From Zygnema circumcarinatum SAG 698-1b (Eukaryota; Plantae; Zygnematophyceae), in NCBI GenBank assembly GCA_037447605.1, contig CM074810.1:2018880-2082879 (forward strand): 64,000 nucleotides of DNA, written 5' to 3'. Numbering within the stretch: position 1 is the stretch's first letter; every line of letters starts with the position of its first letter. Under the pieces are notes generated by a model. That model was not told the origin of the DNA and did not search any database. It saw nothing but the letters and a program-made list of their open reading frames with translations. The position numbers and the translations under genes were made by a program. Positions 1-13,145 of the stretch are shown piece by piece.

Positions 1-194
1 CGGAGCTCTACCGGTAGCCATGGATACATGGTTGGATCCCTTCAGAAGGTCGGCTTTGAGTTGTGGACCTACATCTTGTCACCTGGAACTAAGGTTGCTT
101 CCTATTGGCCAAAATAGACAGATAGGAACACATGGTTTGCAAGATCCTAATTGGCGAAAGGATTTGGCAAGCGTGAAAAATGGAGGTCATTCGC

Positions 195-449
195 CCACGT
201 GGTGGCCATTTGATTGGCTGTTCTCCAAGTCGGCTGAGCGAATAAGCAAGCGCCACGTGTCAAGCTAGGGTGCGGTTGCCGTGCCCAGGGGCGGCACAAT
301 CAGTCAAGAAAAATACGTTTCCTGCCCGATGCGTAACGCTGGGCTCTGGCGATTGGTCGAGGGAAAAGTTTTACACTGCGTAATTGTGCGGGCAGATTTC
401 TGGTCCAGTCCACGTGGGCTGGTGGGGCCCACCGGAGCATCTGACGTGG
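195..449. promoter_or_regulatory. Cluster of ACGT-core elements (CACGTG at 196, 254, 411; TGACGTGG at 442) plus several ATTGG/CCAAT boxes upstream of the phosphatase gene
   Basis: Motifs read directly from the sequence, 370-620 bp upstream of the ATG at 819. Function as bZIP/bHLH sites is inferred from plant G-box knowledge. Confidence 0.4.
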
Positions 450-818
450 AGCATCTCCCGCGGGGGAACAATGCTCGGGGGGAGATATTTCCGGAGCCGG
501 GCGGCAACGCCAAACTTTTGGAGGACGACCAAAAAAACATATTCTTAGGGAAAATATAAAGTCATGGAAACTTTTCTTGTAAGACATTTATCAAAACTAT
601 TCATATACACATAATCCGATAAGTTCAGTTTTTGGGATCTCCCATCGGACGGCGGCTGCCCGTTCAACATGAATTTTCATCGACCAAAGAAAGTAAAATT
701 TTCTGGAATCAAGTGGTATACGGGTAGGTAAACTTAAATGTTGTAGCTGCCCGGAAGGCGAAAAAGTGGAAGCAAGGTCCCTGCGCAGGAACTCGAGCGA
801 GGAGGAGACGCCATAGCC

Positions 819-3800
819 ATGGCTGCAGCTCCCGCTGCCAGTTCCGCCCTTGTCGCCATGGATGTTTCTCTTCAGGCCGTGGACTTCTGCCGCGTTCCTT
901 CTATCAGAGCAACTACCGCATTGCGGCTCAAGAGCTTTAGGGTTTCCTGCTCTTCTCCCAGCTGGAGAAGGGCCTCTCAGTCTCTCTCTCTCTCCTCCCT
1001 CCCTTGTACCTCCCACCCCGTGAGGAGGGAGATGGCGATTAGGGCTGGTGAATCCGACGGATCCTCTGCTGCCACGGACGCGGAGCGGCTTGATTGGGAG
1101 AAGCGGAAGGTGCGTGGAAAGTTCGTTGGATGGATCAGTTGTTTTAGGGTTGCAAGTTCAGTATCATCCGTTCTGCAGGTCCGCCGCAAGGACATGAATA
1201 CTCTCTGTGCACGTCAATTTATATAATTAGAACTCAAAATAGAATGAATGAATGACTGAATGATCAGTCAATTCAGTAATTCAGGATAGGTTTGTGGACA
1301 CTGGTATAGTTTCTTACAGGGAACATGAGAAAAAGATGGACGACTTTTCGCCACTTTAACCAATTCCTTTTTTTTTATTAACAAATATCTACATGCAGAA
1401 GTATAGGTCACAGGGTCTTGAATCGGAAGAGGAACTCCTGAATTTTCCTTAATTTGATGATTTTTTTTTTCTCCGTTCTTTTATGTTTGATGCTGCGCCG
1501 CCGTGCAGAGCGAGGCAGATGAGGGCGAAGGCGAAAAGCACATTGGTGGGTGGGAGTGGACTCTGAATTGGGACGCTGTCATTCCGTCTCTGATCATTGG
1601 GTCGTGCCCGCGAAGCGCAGGGGATGTGGTCAGTATGGCAACTTCAATTTCGGCTTAAACTGCGGCTGCGGTTTAATATAAAGTCATTTTAAATCCGTTT
1701 CAATTGCGGTGCAATGAGACTTTCCGTGGAAGCGTTTTCAAGAAACGCCTGCGAAGTTTCCATAATTTGTCAGGATGTTAAATGAATTCACGTCACGTCG
1801 TATGGTTGAATGCATGTAGAAGCAGCTGGAAATTCTTTCGACCTTCATGGAGGGCTTGTGACAGGTTTTTCCTAGGTTCAACCTTGTGGCATAGTGCTCT
1901 TTCACTAATGCAGAACAAGTCACAATACATGTTCTTAGAGAAGTTTCTGTTTTATGTCTTTTCCATTGTGTCAGATGCTTGTTCAGAAGTCTTACATTGA
2001 CCCATAACTTTGTTTTTGATACTGTAGGACAATTAATCTGCACTCTGTCTCTCTCCATCTCTCCCTCTCGCCCCCCTCATGCACACGGCATGTCCCTTTT
2101 TTTTTTTTTTTCTATTTTGCTCTGCCCTCTCTCGCCTCCCAATTCTTTCCCGCCCTCTTTATTTCTTTGAATCTGATTCGTTCTTCGTCTCTCTCTCATC
2201 CACCTCCATCCATCCATCTCTCTTCCTCTTTCTCTCGCTCGCTTACTTCCTAGTGAATTATTCTTGACATTCCATTTCTCTGTCAGCCGTCAATCTATCT
2301 GCTTCCCTATGGCAGGATGTGCCAAGGAAGACAATGCGATAAGCTTAACCTGTTTTGCTTATTTGGGAAATGCGCAGGATCGATTGGTTGACGAAGCAGG
2401 AGTGACTGCTATTGTGAACCTGCAGTCAGATCTCTGTTTCGAAGCTCTAAAGGTGCTTAATTCTTGCTTTCCTCAAGGGGAACCAGTTGTACCTTCAATG
2501 CTCCTGTTTACATCAGATGGTGTACCACATAGTATTGACTCGTTTTTCAGCAAGAGCTGAGTCGTATTCCTGCGGCTGATCTCGCTCTTGAATCGCAGAT
2601 TCCTGCAGCGGAGATTCGTCAAAGAGCCATTGAACGCGGCATTCTTTGGGAAAGAGTGCCCATCCGAGACTTTGACCACGGCGACCAGGTGGGTCGAATT
2701 TGCAATTTTCCGATTTAAGCGGCAATATGTGCTTGCCTTGGTAACATATACAACAATCTACCATCAGAGGAGCATAGCTTTAGAAATACAAATACGTTCA
2801 TGAGCAGAACCGCGGCTCGTCTGTGTATTGCCTGCAAGATTCTCCCCCGATTAGGGATTGACGGCTTCTCGTGTGAATTTACGCACGAAAATAATGCATT
2901 CAGTCCAAAATGTGCAGGCCTTCATGCTGCCTCAAGCAGTTCGCATGGTGAACATGCTCCAAAGCCGCGGGTACAGAGTGTACTGCCACTGTACGGCCGG
3001 CATCAATCGCGCATCGCTCACTGTGCTTGGCTACCTCACCTACGTGCAGGTGCGCTGCTCACCCATCAGTCCTCTCCCCCCTGACCCACTCTCTCATTTC
3101 CAAAAAACCCACAAATCTCGCATCCACTTACGGGCTGGAGGAGCCATGTTTGGGTGACTTTCCATGCGGTGCAGGGGTTGAGCTTAGAAGAAGGGCTCAT
3201 TGTTGTGAAGGGGGCACGTAAAATTGCGCATCCTTATTTGGACTGTTGGAATGAAACGCACCGGAGGCTGTTAGGTGGGTTTGTACCGCTGCCTTTTCCT
3301 TGGGGAGATAAATGAACTATGACGCTTCGTTTATGCTGTTCGGGATTCGATTCTGAAGGTGGACAAGCTGCTTCTTCTCTCATCTGAAAATTCTGCAAAA
3401 AAAAAAAAAAAAAAATTGCTGTTGTGCAGATGGTCGGCAGGAGGAGTTGATCGCTCTGGCGAAGGAGATCTATGCGGGACGGTGCGCCGGCGGAGTGCAC
3501 GGCAACGCTACCACTGATTGGACCGGAGCGCAGGTGAGCGGTTCAAATCCCGCTGGTAATACTTTAACTATTGTCCGGGATAATTCTGAAGAAGAGGGGA
3601 AGGTTGGGCGGGAGAGAAGATAAGGGGTGGACGGGAGACGATGGAAACGGAGAAGTGGGAAACACAATCTTACAGAGGCACCGGAATATGAAGTTCGGAA
3701 GTATTCAGCTGCTTATGTCAGCGCTCATCCTGCAACGCATATGGGGTGGAGGGATGACTTTGTAACGCAGACCAAGGCGATCGCTCGCTCTTTCAGCAGA

Positions 3801-4662
3801 TGGCTTGAAGTAGACTTGGTAAGCTGTTCAATTCCTTGCTCTGCCGTAGAGATTACAAGGTTGTGGGTTGGCCGTGCTACCACACTGATGGATGCACATT
3901 GCTTTTGTTTGGAACTTAGTCTCTTGGATTCTTGGAATGTTGGGAGCTGCAGGCGATTGTGAATATGGAGAGGGAGACTCTGGAGAGAACGGCAAGAGCT
4001 ACTGAAGCGGCTCTGCTTTCTAAACTGACAGAAATGGAGGCAGAGCTCCGTGCCACACAGTGGCAGTTGGAGGCTGCCAATTTGAAGGTGACGGAGTTGG
4101 AGGCTCAGATTTTTTTACCGGAAAGCGATGCTGCTGCGGAGGAGGTGGCGGTTGCAGAGACCGACCTGGAGTGTGATGTTGTGACTCGAACTTGCGTCAG
4201 CAATGAAGATACAGTGACGGCGGAGGCAGAGGCAGAGGCAGAGGCAGAGGTGGAAACACAGGTGAGAACCCAATGAAATAACTGGTGTTTTCTTCTTTTT
4301 ACAGAATTGGACACGTGAGAGAATGGGGGGGGAAGGGGAGGAGAGAGGGGGTGGGCCGTTCAGAGAGGGCGTTAGAGAGAGAGGAGAAAGGGGAGAGAGT
4401 GACAGAGAACAAGGGAGCGGTATGAGGACCAGGGAGGTGTATAGGACGATTGGAGAAGTGAGGGAATTGAGGAAGCACAGGAGATTGCTCCCCGGCAATT
4501 TTGCTTTGCTCTATGAGGGGACGGAACTTGTTTATTTACGATATGCTAAGTTTTTGCTTCATGTTCGCCATTGAACAGGTGGTTCCAGTGACATCTAATG
4601 GGGCAGGCAGCAGTGTCTCTACCTCGAATGGTGCCCCTGTATCAGAGTCGCTTGTGGCGTAG
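819..4662 (+). CDS. Plastid-targeted dual-specificity phosphatase of the SEX4/LSF2 glucan-phosphatase-like group, algal-type, no CBM48, with C-terminal coiled coil (multi-exon)
   Basis: The Ser/Ala/Arg-rich N-terminus looks like a transit peptide. Spliced exons give WEWTLNWDAVIPSLIIGSCPRSAGDV-DRLVDEAGVTAIVNLQSDLCFEALK-...RVPIRDFDHGDQ-...RVYCHCTAGINRASLTVLGYLTYVQ (HCX5R catalytic loop), with GT-AG borders. The last exon, 4579-4662 (VVPVTSNGA...LVA*), is my best guess. Confidence 0.8.
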
Positions 4663-4687
4663 TAATACTTCTAGAGGTGTTCAAATT

Positions 4688-4795
4688 GGGGGGAGGNNNN
4701 NNNNNNGGGAGGGGAGGGAAGGAGTGGGGAGGGGAGGGAAGGAGAGGGGAGGAGAGGGGAGGGGAGGGAAGGAGAGGGGAGGAGGGGAGAGGAGG
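4688..4795. repeat. G/A-rich (GGGGA/GGGAA/GGAGA)n simple repeat containing a 10-N assembly gap (4697-4706)
   Basis: Direct sequence inspection. Confidence 0.9.
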
Positions 4796-5673
4796 TCCTC
4801 GCGAGTCCCTGCATGGTGAGGCAACGGCTGCAGACATTTCTGAGGTTTTCCTGAGACCCTCATGAAGACATGGCGAGGGGCACATTGGACCCAACCCACT
4901 GCGGGGATGAAGCAGGCAGTCGAGAGGGCGGGGCGGCACAAAATTGATCATCGATATATATGTATTGCCCCTTTGAGCGAAAATCGCCGCTCAAGGGGCC
5001 CTTTTAGCAGGGCTGTTTCTCCGCTTCTCTGCAAGCCTCCTGTAGAAGAAGCCTTGGAACGTTCCTGCGTTATAAGGGGCGCACAAATCAGAGCCTCAAA
5101 TGTGTACAGCGATGCTGCAGAATATTCAATGAGGGTAGAGGCGGGACGAGATTGTTTACAAAAAAAAAAGCCATTATTTGCAAAAGAAATGTAGTACGCT
5201 GGACCACTCTAGCTTAAAGGTTTTGGATTTTTAGGATGTCTCGTAGGTCCCAAAAGCATGTACTGCTCTGCTGTAATTGTGCACTGTGGAGGTGTCTGCA
5301 ACAGTTACAGCAGGCTCTGTCCAAAGTGACAGCCAGCCAGCCTGCTGCTTGCGTTGGCTTTCTCTTCTATTATTGTAGTGGCTTGGCCAGTTCGTACGTT
5401 TTTAACTCAACTTTGTTAATTTTTTCATCCTTGGTAGGGCAACCCTATTCATGTGACAATCCCCTTCCATCCATTAAATTCCTTGTTCCATAAATTCCAA
5501 TGGACATCTGCTGTGAAGTGAAAGGCAAGCACAAGGGGACGCCCAATGCAGGACATGACTCTGCGTCATGACTGTGGCATATCGAAAGGCAGGCCAGGTT
5601 GCTGACACATTTATGACGATATCATAAAACTAGGGCCGGTCGGCGCCTTGGCGTCCCGCCACTTTGGACAAAC

Positions 5674-5689
5674 TGAATGACGTCATTCA
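5674..5689. promoter_or_regulatory. 16-bp perfect palindrome TGAATGACGTCATTCA (CRE/C-box core) upstream of SMC6
   Basis: Self-reverse-complementary sequence read directly; about 520 bp upstream of the SMC6 ATG. Confidence 0.45.
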
Positions 5690-6211
5690 AAAACCCGCGA
5701 ACTGGAGTTGAGAGGCCTCGGACGGATTTTTCGATTTCCAGAATATCGGTGTAAACTGGAAACGCGCCGTAAAGGTGTTGTGGTGACGTCTCATGACGCT
5801 CGTGCCTCCAACGGCGTAGCGTCACGCTACAAACCGCGCGCGGGGCGGGCGGTCTCCAGTTTTCGAATTTGCGAGCAAGTTTTTCATATTTTCGCGTGTT
5901 TGGTTTGTGGTTTGCGGTTTGCGGTTTGCAGAGCGAAATGGCGGCAAGCGGACTGCCTCGTGAAGCCTTTCAAATATTTGACATGCAGGCACTGCGCTTG
6001 CGTTCCCAGGTGCAAGAGCAGGGGGGGGCAGTCAGGCAGACAGATATGCTTCTTCGGTTTTTGCAAAAAGTGCTTAACTTTCATTTCTTAATATTGTTTC
6101 AGGGGAGGTTTCTGACAGTTGGAGGCACTGTGATGCCATTGTTGACGTGGACTACTATTTTGGGACTCGTTTTGAGTCTGGTAAAGAGCTGAAGGGAAGT
6201 CGGAAGCAGCA

Positions 6212-9200
6212 ATGGAGGATTCAGCTGGAGATCAAGGGGCTGGCTGGATTAGAGAAATCGTACTTACAAATTTTATGTGCCATAGCTATGTGAAGATCAG
6301 TCTCATCAAGCATGTGAACTTCATTACAGGGCAAAATGGAAGTAAGCTTTTTGCGACTGTAAATTTATTCTCTCACAGCCCCTTCATTGTCAAATTCGGC
6401 TTTTTTAATTCAACAATCAAATACTATGATTTAGGCGTATTTCGAAGAAGCGCAACTATCAAAGGCGTACCAGTCTGTCAGCACAGCGAATGTCAGAAAA
6501 GTTCTGTACAGATGTCAGCAAAAACTGTTCTTAACGTCCAAGCAAGATTTTTTTTATCCATGTGCTGCAGGTGGTAAGAGCGCTATACTCACCGCACTCT
6601 GCGTGGCATTTGGAACAAAGGCTAAAGGGACTCAGCGAGGCAATTCGTTGAAGGACTTCATCAAGACTGGGGAGTCGTGAGTTTTTTCGTCAATCTCTCG
6701 CTTCAGAAGAAACCTTCAAAAATCTAGAAGAACTCTTAAACTGTTTGTATGACTTGCTTTTTGGAGCGAATGCCAACATGCATTATAAGCAGCCAATTCC
6801 CGACAGTTATTCCACTACTTTTTGGACTTTGCAGTTATGCCACTGTGGAAGTGATCATAAGCAACGAAGGGGGCGATGCTTATAAGGCTGATGTGTATGG
6901 ACCGTCAATCATTCTCGAACGGAAACTAACAACTGCTGGCACCAGTGCCTTTACTTTGAAAGACAGTCGAGGTATGTATGCATCACAAGTGCCTCCTGAA
7001 GATTGGGTCCTTTTGGTGTCCTAGGAGATAGCAAATAGCTCCATTGTAGCATCAGCTGTCTCGATAAATTACCATGTATGCATCTGCGACTCTTTCAAAG
7101 CTTATGAGTGATGTTTTCACCATCATCTAGTAACTCACTCGTTTAAGGCTCTTATGTCTTAGCTTGACTGTGTTTTACTAAGGCTGACAGAGTAGTCAAG
7201 CTTTGGTTTGCAGGAGGCAAGGTCACAGTGAAGCGAGGGGAAATGGAGGAATTAGCATCTCATTTCAATGTAAGCAAAGTTCGATAAAATTCTCCAACTT
7301 TCTGCTGCAAAACAAGTCGACAAGCTGTAGGCAAGAATTTTTTTTGATTATTTCCATTTCTCTGTTTGCAGATTGAAGTGGAAAACCCCTGCATTGTGAT
7401 GACCCAAGATAAGAGTCGAGAGTTTTTGCATTCTGGAAGCGAGAAAGATAAGTACAAGGTGAGTTGTGATGATCCTAAGTGTCGTAATGAAATTCTGTCG
7501 CCACTAATTGAAATACAGTATTTTTTTTTTGCTGGAATGAGTATCTATAAAAACAGGGTAGGTGAACATACGTTTTAAAATTGAACATTTTTTATAATGA
7601 GGAAGAATGAATCTTCTTTGTATTCTGCAGTTTTTCGTCAAGGCTACACTATTGGAGGCGGTAATGTCAACAATGGAAATTGTTTGGAATAATTTAAAGT
7701 CTGGGTTCGACCATATCGACGAATTCAAACTTCAAATTCGAGATGTTGAGGAGGAAGTTGCAGAATTAGACAGCAAGTTAGCCAATTTTGAGGAAATACA
7801 GCGAACCCAGGAAACAATAGCAAAGTGGAAAAAGGTCCTGGCTTGGCTTCATGTTCGTGAGTTCGATGAACCGATCAAAACCTTGGAAAAGCTAGCCGAC
7901 GATTGCAAGAAAGGTATTGAGTTATTCGAAGCGAAGATTGCTGCTGCAAAGGTGAGTTCAAGATCGTCCTTTAGGAGCCCCTGTTCGAGCCATTTGGCAT
8001 ATTGTATCTCAATCGTTTGTCATGAATGTTCCTGTTTCTATATAACAATCTATTGTTAAAAAAAGTACTCTGGTGAGAAACATGCGTGTGGGTTTTGTTT
8101 CGTTTGGTTCTTTGACAGGAAGACCAGGAAAAGGCTGACAATGCAGCGCGGGAGGCAAAGGACCTATCAACATCCGCAACCGCCAAGGCTGAGGAGTCAA
8201 GGAGGTTTCAGCAGGCAATTGTGGAGGAAGCCAGTCGGGTAACCTATCTGTATAGCCAACCCCGGAGTCAAGCTTCTTTGATTTTTCTCGGTGATAACTG
8301 GTGATAAGTAATGGTGCATCCTTGTGAACTGGACATTTTTCGCCAGTCTTTTCTAGATTTTTTCAGCAGCCTTCTGGTAGTTTGAGTGCAATTTAGTCAG
8401 TTTTTGCAGTTATTGCAGAAGCTCGCAGGTGCAGTTTGGCCTTTTGCATTGGTTGATCGTCAGTGATCAGGACAAGTTGAGGAGACAACAGCCGATGAGA
8501 ATCTTGAATTACAGATTGTTAGCTTTCAACCTTCAGGCATTTTCTTGCTGCAGCATTGATATAGCATTACAACCACTTGTGGCTGCATTCAGGCTGCCAG
8601 GGAACGCGGAAGAGTGCTTGGTGAAAAGAACGCAAAGGAAAGCCGGATTCGAGAATCTGAGAAGCGGATGGCTCAGCTCCAGCGGCTTGTGGTAGAGGCT
8701 CAGGAAAAGGCCGCTCATGATACACAGGTGACATTGATTAAACATTTTCAACTCTGTTCTACTGGGAGGTTGCAAAATGCTTGTGTGAATTGTTTTTTCT
8801 TAGGTCAGAATTTTTATGGACAGTTTATTGGTTAGAAACTCGTTGTTACAGAGTCCTCGACAGTAGGTTCATTGAGAGATGGGCGAAGGAGGGAGGGAAA
8901 TATGAGAGTTAGTAGCAGGCAAAGTGCACAGCAAAACAAAGGGGGAAGAGAAGTGGACGGAGTAACAGAGATCAAAAAAGAAGAGAGAGGAGAGCGCAAG
9001 AGAGATAGAGACGGGGGAGATGGGATAGTAAGAGGAATGCAGAATATGTGGGATATGGAAGGCACAGAGAAATGCATACAGCCATTCAAACCTGACACAT
9101 CGATGTTCGGGCTATGCCAGGCAGAAGCAGCTGCTCGAGAGGCAGTGATTGCCGCAAAGGAGCATGACATTACTAGAATAACGCAGGACCAAGAAAGGTA

Positions 9201-12200
9201 AAGAATTCTGCTCATTTCTTCCATGTAGCTGCACTCTCTCGAGTAGCAATACTACTTGGGCGTTGCTGTATATGTGATCAGATTGCCGTGCATGGCACGA
9301 GACAATGGTTCAGGCTGTTGACGTGCTCAAGTAGAGCAAACTGCAGGCTCAAGGAGACTTTAGGTGAGATGGAGGGAAATCTGGATCGTGTCAAACTGCG
9401 GAGAAGCGATATATTGAGACAGGTGAGCATGGAGCTTGATACAATCTTTTCCCTCTGCCCGAGGGCTGATGTGCACCGTTTGACATGTGAAAGAACCAGT
9501 CCCTCCTGAGAAGATAAGTGCGATAATGTATTTTCCCTCGCAGATTGATTGCGCAAGAAGCAAAGAAAGTGAATGCAATGGTTGGCTGAGACGGTTGGAG
9601 GAACAAGCAGGCAACCGGGTGAGCGCCATAACTTTTTGGACTTTTTTTTTTCGCTTCCTATGAAGAAGTACTGAAGTGTCTGAGATAAGCGCCCTTATAT
9701 AGGCAACGACGTAACCCCTGGTGTTAGCAACCAGTTGTTGAAATGCAATGTTACCTGATCTCCTAGATGCTGTAACTTGACCATAGTACAACGGACAAGG
9801 GTTGACAGTTGAAATGTCAACGCTCAACATTATGTTGCCTCTCACAATGCCGTTTTCGGTCGAACTTGCAAAACTTGAAATCCTTTATTCTACTATTAGA
9901 ACCTTAACTTCTTATCTGCTTTCTACTTTTCCTTGGCAGCGCAGATGACTGCCTTTGGAGGCAGGAAGGTTTTGGACTTGCTTATGCTCATCGAAAGGAA
10001 TGAGCAGCATTTCGACTCTCCCCCTATTGGGCCTTTAGGAGCCCATCTGGTAATACTTGTCACTCTTCATGATTTTGCTTGTTGATTGGAGATGAGTTAC
10101 GCATTTCACCATTTCATTTCACAGAAAGTGACCATAGCCGAAAGTTTCTTTCTTCAATTTCAGATTCAGCGCTGGTTGCGATTGTGTGCCTCGGTCATCT
10201 TATCACTTGTTAATTCATTTCTTTGTTATTACTTTTTGTCTGATTTCGTTTGTTTCAATCATGCAGAGTCTTCTAGATGATTCATACGGGTTGGCGGTGG
10301 AAGTCGCTATCGGTCAAAATTTTGGTTCTTTTGCTGTCACGAGTCAAAGGGATTCGAAACTGCTGCAGCAACTGGGGAAACAAATCAACTACTTTGTTAC
10401 CACCATTGTTTACTCGTTTGACCTACCACCGTATGCATCATACCGGATCCAAGTGTTTCCTTGGTGATCTCGTTCAGAAATCAGGAAGAAGTTTAAAACA
10501 CCTGCATACTCTGCACATTATTGATAACGTTGGCATTCGGTTATGACCATCGTGACCATCGGTCTGTCGTCTATGAAAGGAGGATGTTCATTTTTTCGTT
10601 TGCATATAGTTGCAACACAAGATGGAGAAACAGATAGAATTTCCTGTTTAGCCCTGGGTCCAGTAAATGAATGCAATTGTCCTAGAGCTTGCTTTTGTAC
10701 GTGGAGGAGCTTATCGCCCTTGTTTGTGGCCATTTCAGTATCCAGCCTTCTTCATGGAAGGTGCCGGATCAGCATTTTGTGACTGTGGAGAAAGTGCTGA
10801 ACATCTCTCATCCAGTCATCAGGAACGTTTTCATTGATGTGGTGAGGTTTGACTACCCAGTGACTCTCTCCTTCTCCCTCTCCCTCGCCCTCCCCTCCCC
10901 GCCTCTCCCTCCTTCCCTCCCTCCCTCCGCCTCTCTTTCCTTCCAGTTCCCCCCCAACTTCCCCCGTGTCCCTGTACGTTTTTCTGTATTGGTAAGGCAC
11001 AGTCTGATGCTGCCTGTCCTTTGTCAGCTCAGAAGCTGGTCAGGTGGTAGAATCACCTCATCCATCTTTGTTCCATGGCTCAAGTATGATTAAATGCATG
11101 TGTGACCTTCCAAAGCTTCTGATTACATCTATATAAACGTGCATGCATTCAAGCAATACTGTAGATGCTAAGTATTGCTTTAGTCCTGCTTTCCAGGGCC
11201 ACATAGAGAAGACTGTGTTGGTGCGTAACTACGAAGACGGGAAGTGCGCATTTGTTCCAGGCAGCCGAATCAAGCAGTGCATCACTCAGGAGGGCGTTCG
11301 AATGTAAATCTAAATCTTGGCCTTCTAGATTATCTTCCATGGTTTGTATGTTATGTAGGTTGCGTCATTTTGATCATCAATGACTATATCAATCCTCACC
11401 TGTGCATCCAACCTGAAATTGCCCTTTTGGCGGCCACCTCTGATGCGATGCAGGTTTCTAAACGGGGGTCAAGAGGTCATTCTGAGGCGACCCAGTAATG
11501 TTCGCACCTCTCGACTTAGAAAAGACGTTGAGCAGGATAGGCGAGCTGCCATGAATGAGCTCGAGTCTTTAAAGCAGCAGCAGCGGGATTTAGTAACAGA
11601 GCTGCACACGTATAACAGAGATATGGAGGAGTTTCAGGGGCCGCTTCGAGAAGTCAAGGTATGGCTCTCATTATCTGATTATTGTCCTTTTCGTACCAGC
11701 CTTAGTGAGTAATCATGAAGGAACACTCCAAACGGTGCTGATACCGCTCGTCAGCCATGAGGAGCTGCTACATGGAAAGCTTCTTATGATCTCAGAACTG
11801 ATCGGTGTGTGTCATGCCACAGCTGCGGGAGTCCAAGGCAGAAAGGTATCTTCAGAAGTTGAGGAGGGAGATAATCGATATGAGGAGGCAAGCAGAGGCA
11901 GAGGCTGCTGAATCAGCTGCGGTGGATTTGCGCGTGTACTTAGATGAAATTGAGGTGAGGGTGTTGTGAATTCGAGGATTGTATGCTCCCTTTGGGGACG
12001 AATGATACCTTCATTTTACCAATGGTTTCTTGGTGGAACTGCAGGCCTTGAAGGGAGACGCGGAAGAGCTGAGGGAACTGCTTGAGAAGCTAGAGCCTTG
12101 CATCCATAAATTAGATATCAAGGTCGAAGACTGCAAACGAAGGCAAAACGAGATATCAGGTCAGAATGCAGACGATTGAAGCCTATTCATCACAATTTAC

Positions 12201-13110
12201 AAAGCAAGTATTTTGTATGTTTCATTAATTTTAATTTTGACAACATTGTAGTAGGATCTTGTTGATATTCTTTCTTTTGTACCCACAGATAAAACAAAGA
12301 TGTATTTTGACGAATCTGATGCTCTGGAGGAGAAGCATATACAGCTACAACTGCGCATCGAAGAAATCAAGAAGGTTGTTACTTGTCTTGAATCGTAATG
12401 TTTATTCAAAGCACTTCGGACCTTTGAGTTTTCTAGGGCCTTATGTTTCTTTCATCAGGTAGTTGGCTCGTTCTCAAGTGTCCCCTTATCACATAAGTCC
12501 ACTTTTCATGATAACGTCTGTAGGTTTCCATACGAAGCCGCTTCCAGGCTTTTTTATTTTTGAATTCAAGTAGTGGAGAGTAAGCAAGGACAGGGAAAGA
12601 CCGTTGGTTGTCGTCTGCAGGAAATAATGCACCACCAAAAGCTTTTGCAACAAAAACAGGGAGAACTGGAAAGGATAATTCAAAAGAAGCAGGCAACGGA
12701 GGAAGAACAGAAGGTGGGTTTTCGCAGGGAAATATCCGATCTTTGTTTCTTACTTTGGCGAGTTTGCAAAAATACAGAAAAAAGAGAAGGATGATACGAG
12801 AAATGTGCGATAAGAGAAAGGATAAGGTGAGACGGGAGGGATGGTTAGAAGAAATTGATTTGGGCAGAGATGCAGAGTGTGCTTATAAGATCGTTGTAGT
12901 GCAGATATGTAGAAGGAAAGCAAGTGAATACTGTGACGAGCCGGATCCAACTGACTTCATAAGTCTACCACAGTCAACACAGGAGCTTTCCAAAAAAATT
13001 CTTGAAAAAGTGAAGGAGACACAAGAACATCAGAGACAGTGAGTGTACAAATAGTTCTGTTTTCACCACCCCTCCGCTCCTCCTCCCCCCCCCCCCCCCC
13101 NNNNNNNNNN

Positions 13111-13145
<35 letters not shown>

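Noticed and set aside
3535-3556. GGTTCAAATCC, a tRNA T-loop/B-box-like motif
   Set aside because: The flanks do not form a 5-bp T stem, there is no cloverleaf or A box, and it sits at the start of an intron next to a coding exon.
4967-5000. Small hairpin GCCCCTTTGAGCG...CGCTCAAGGGGC
   Set aside because: Isolated and imperfect, with no terminator U-tract, Helitron CTRR end or other copies seen.
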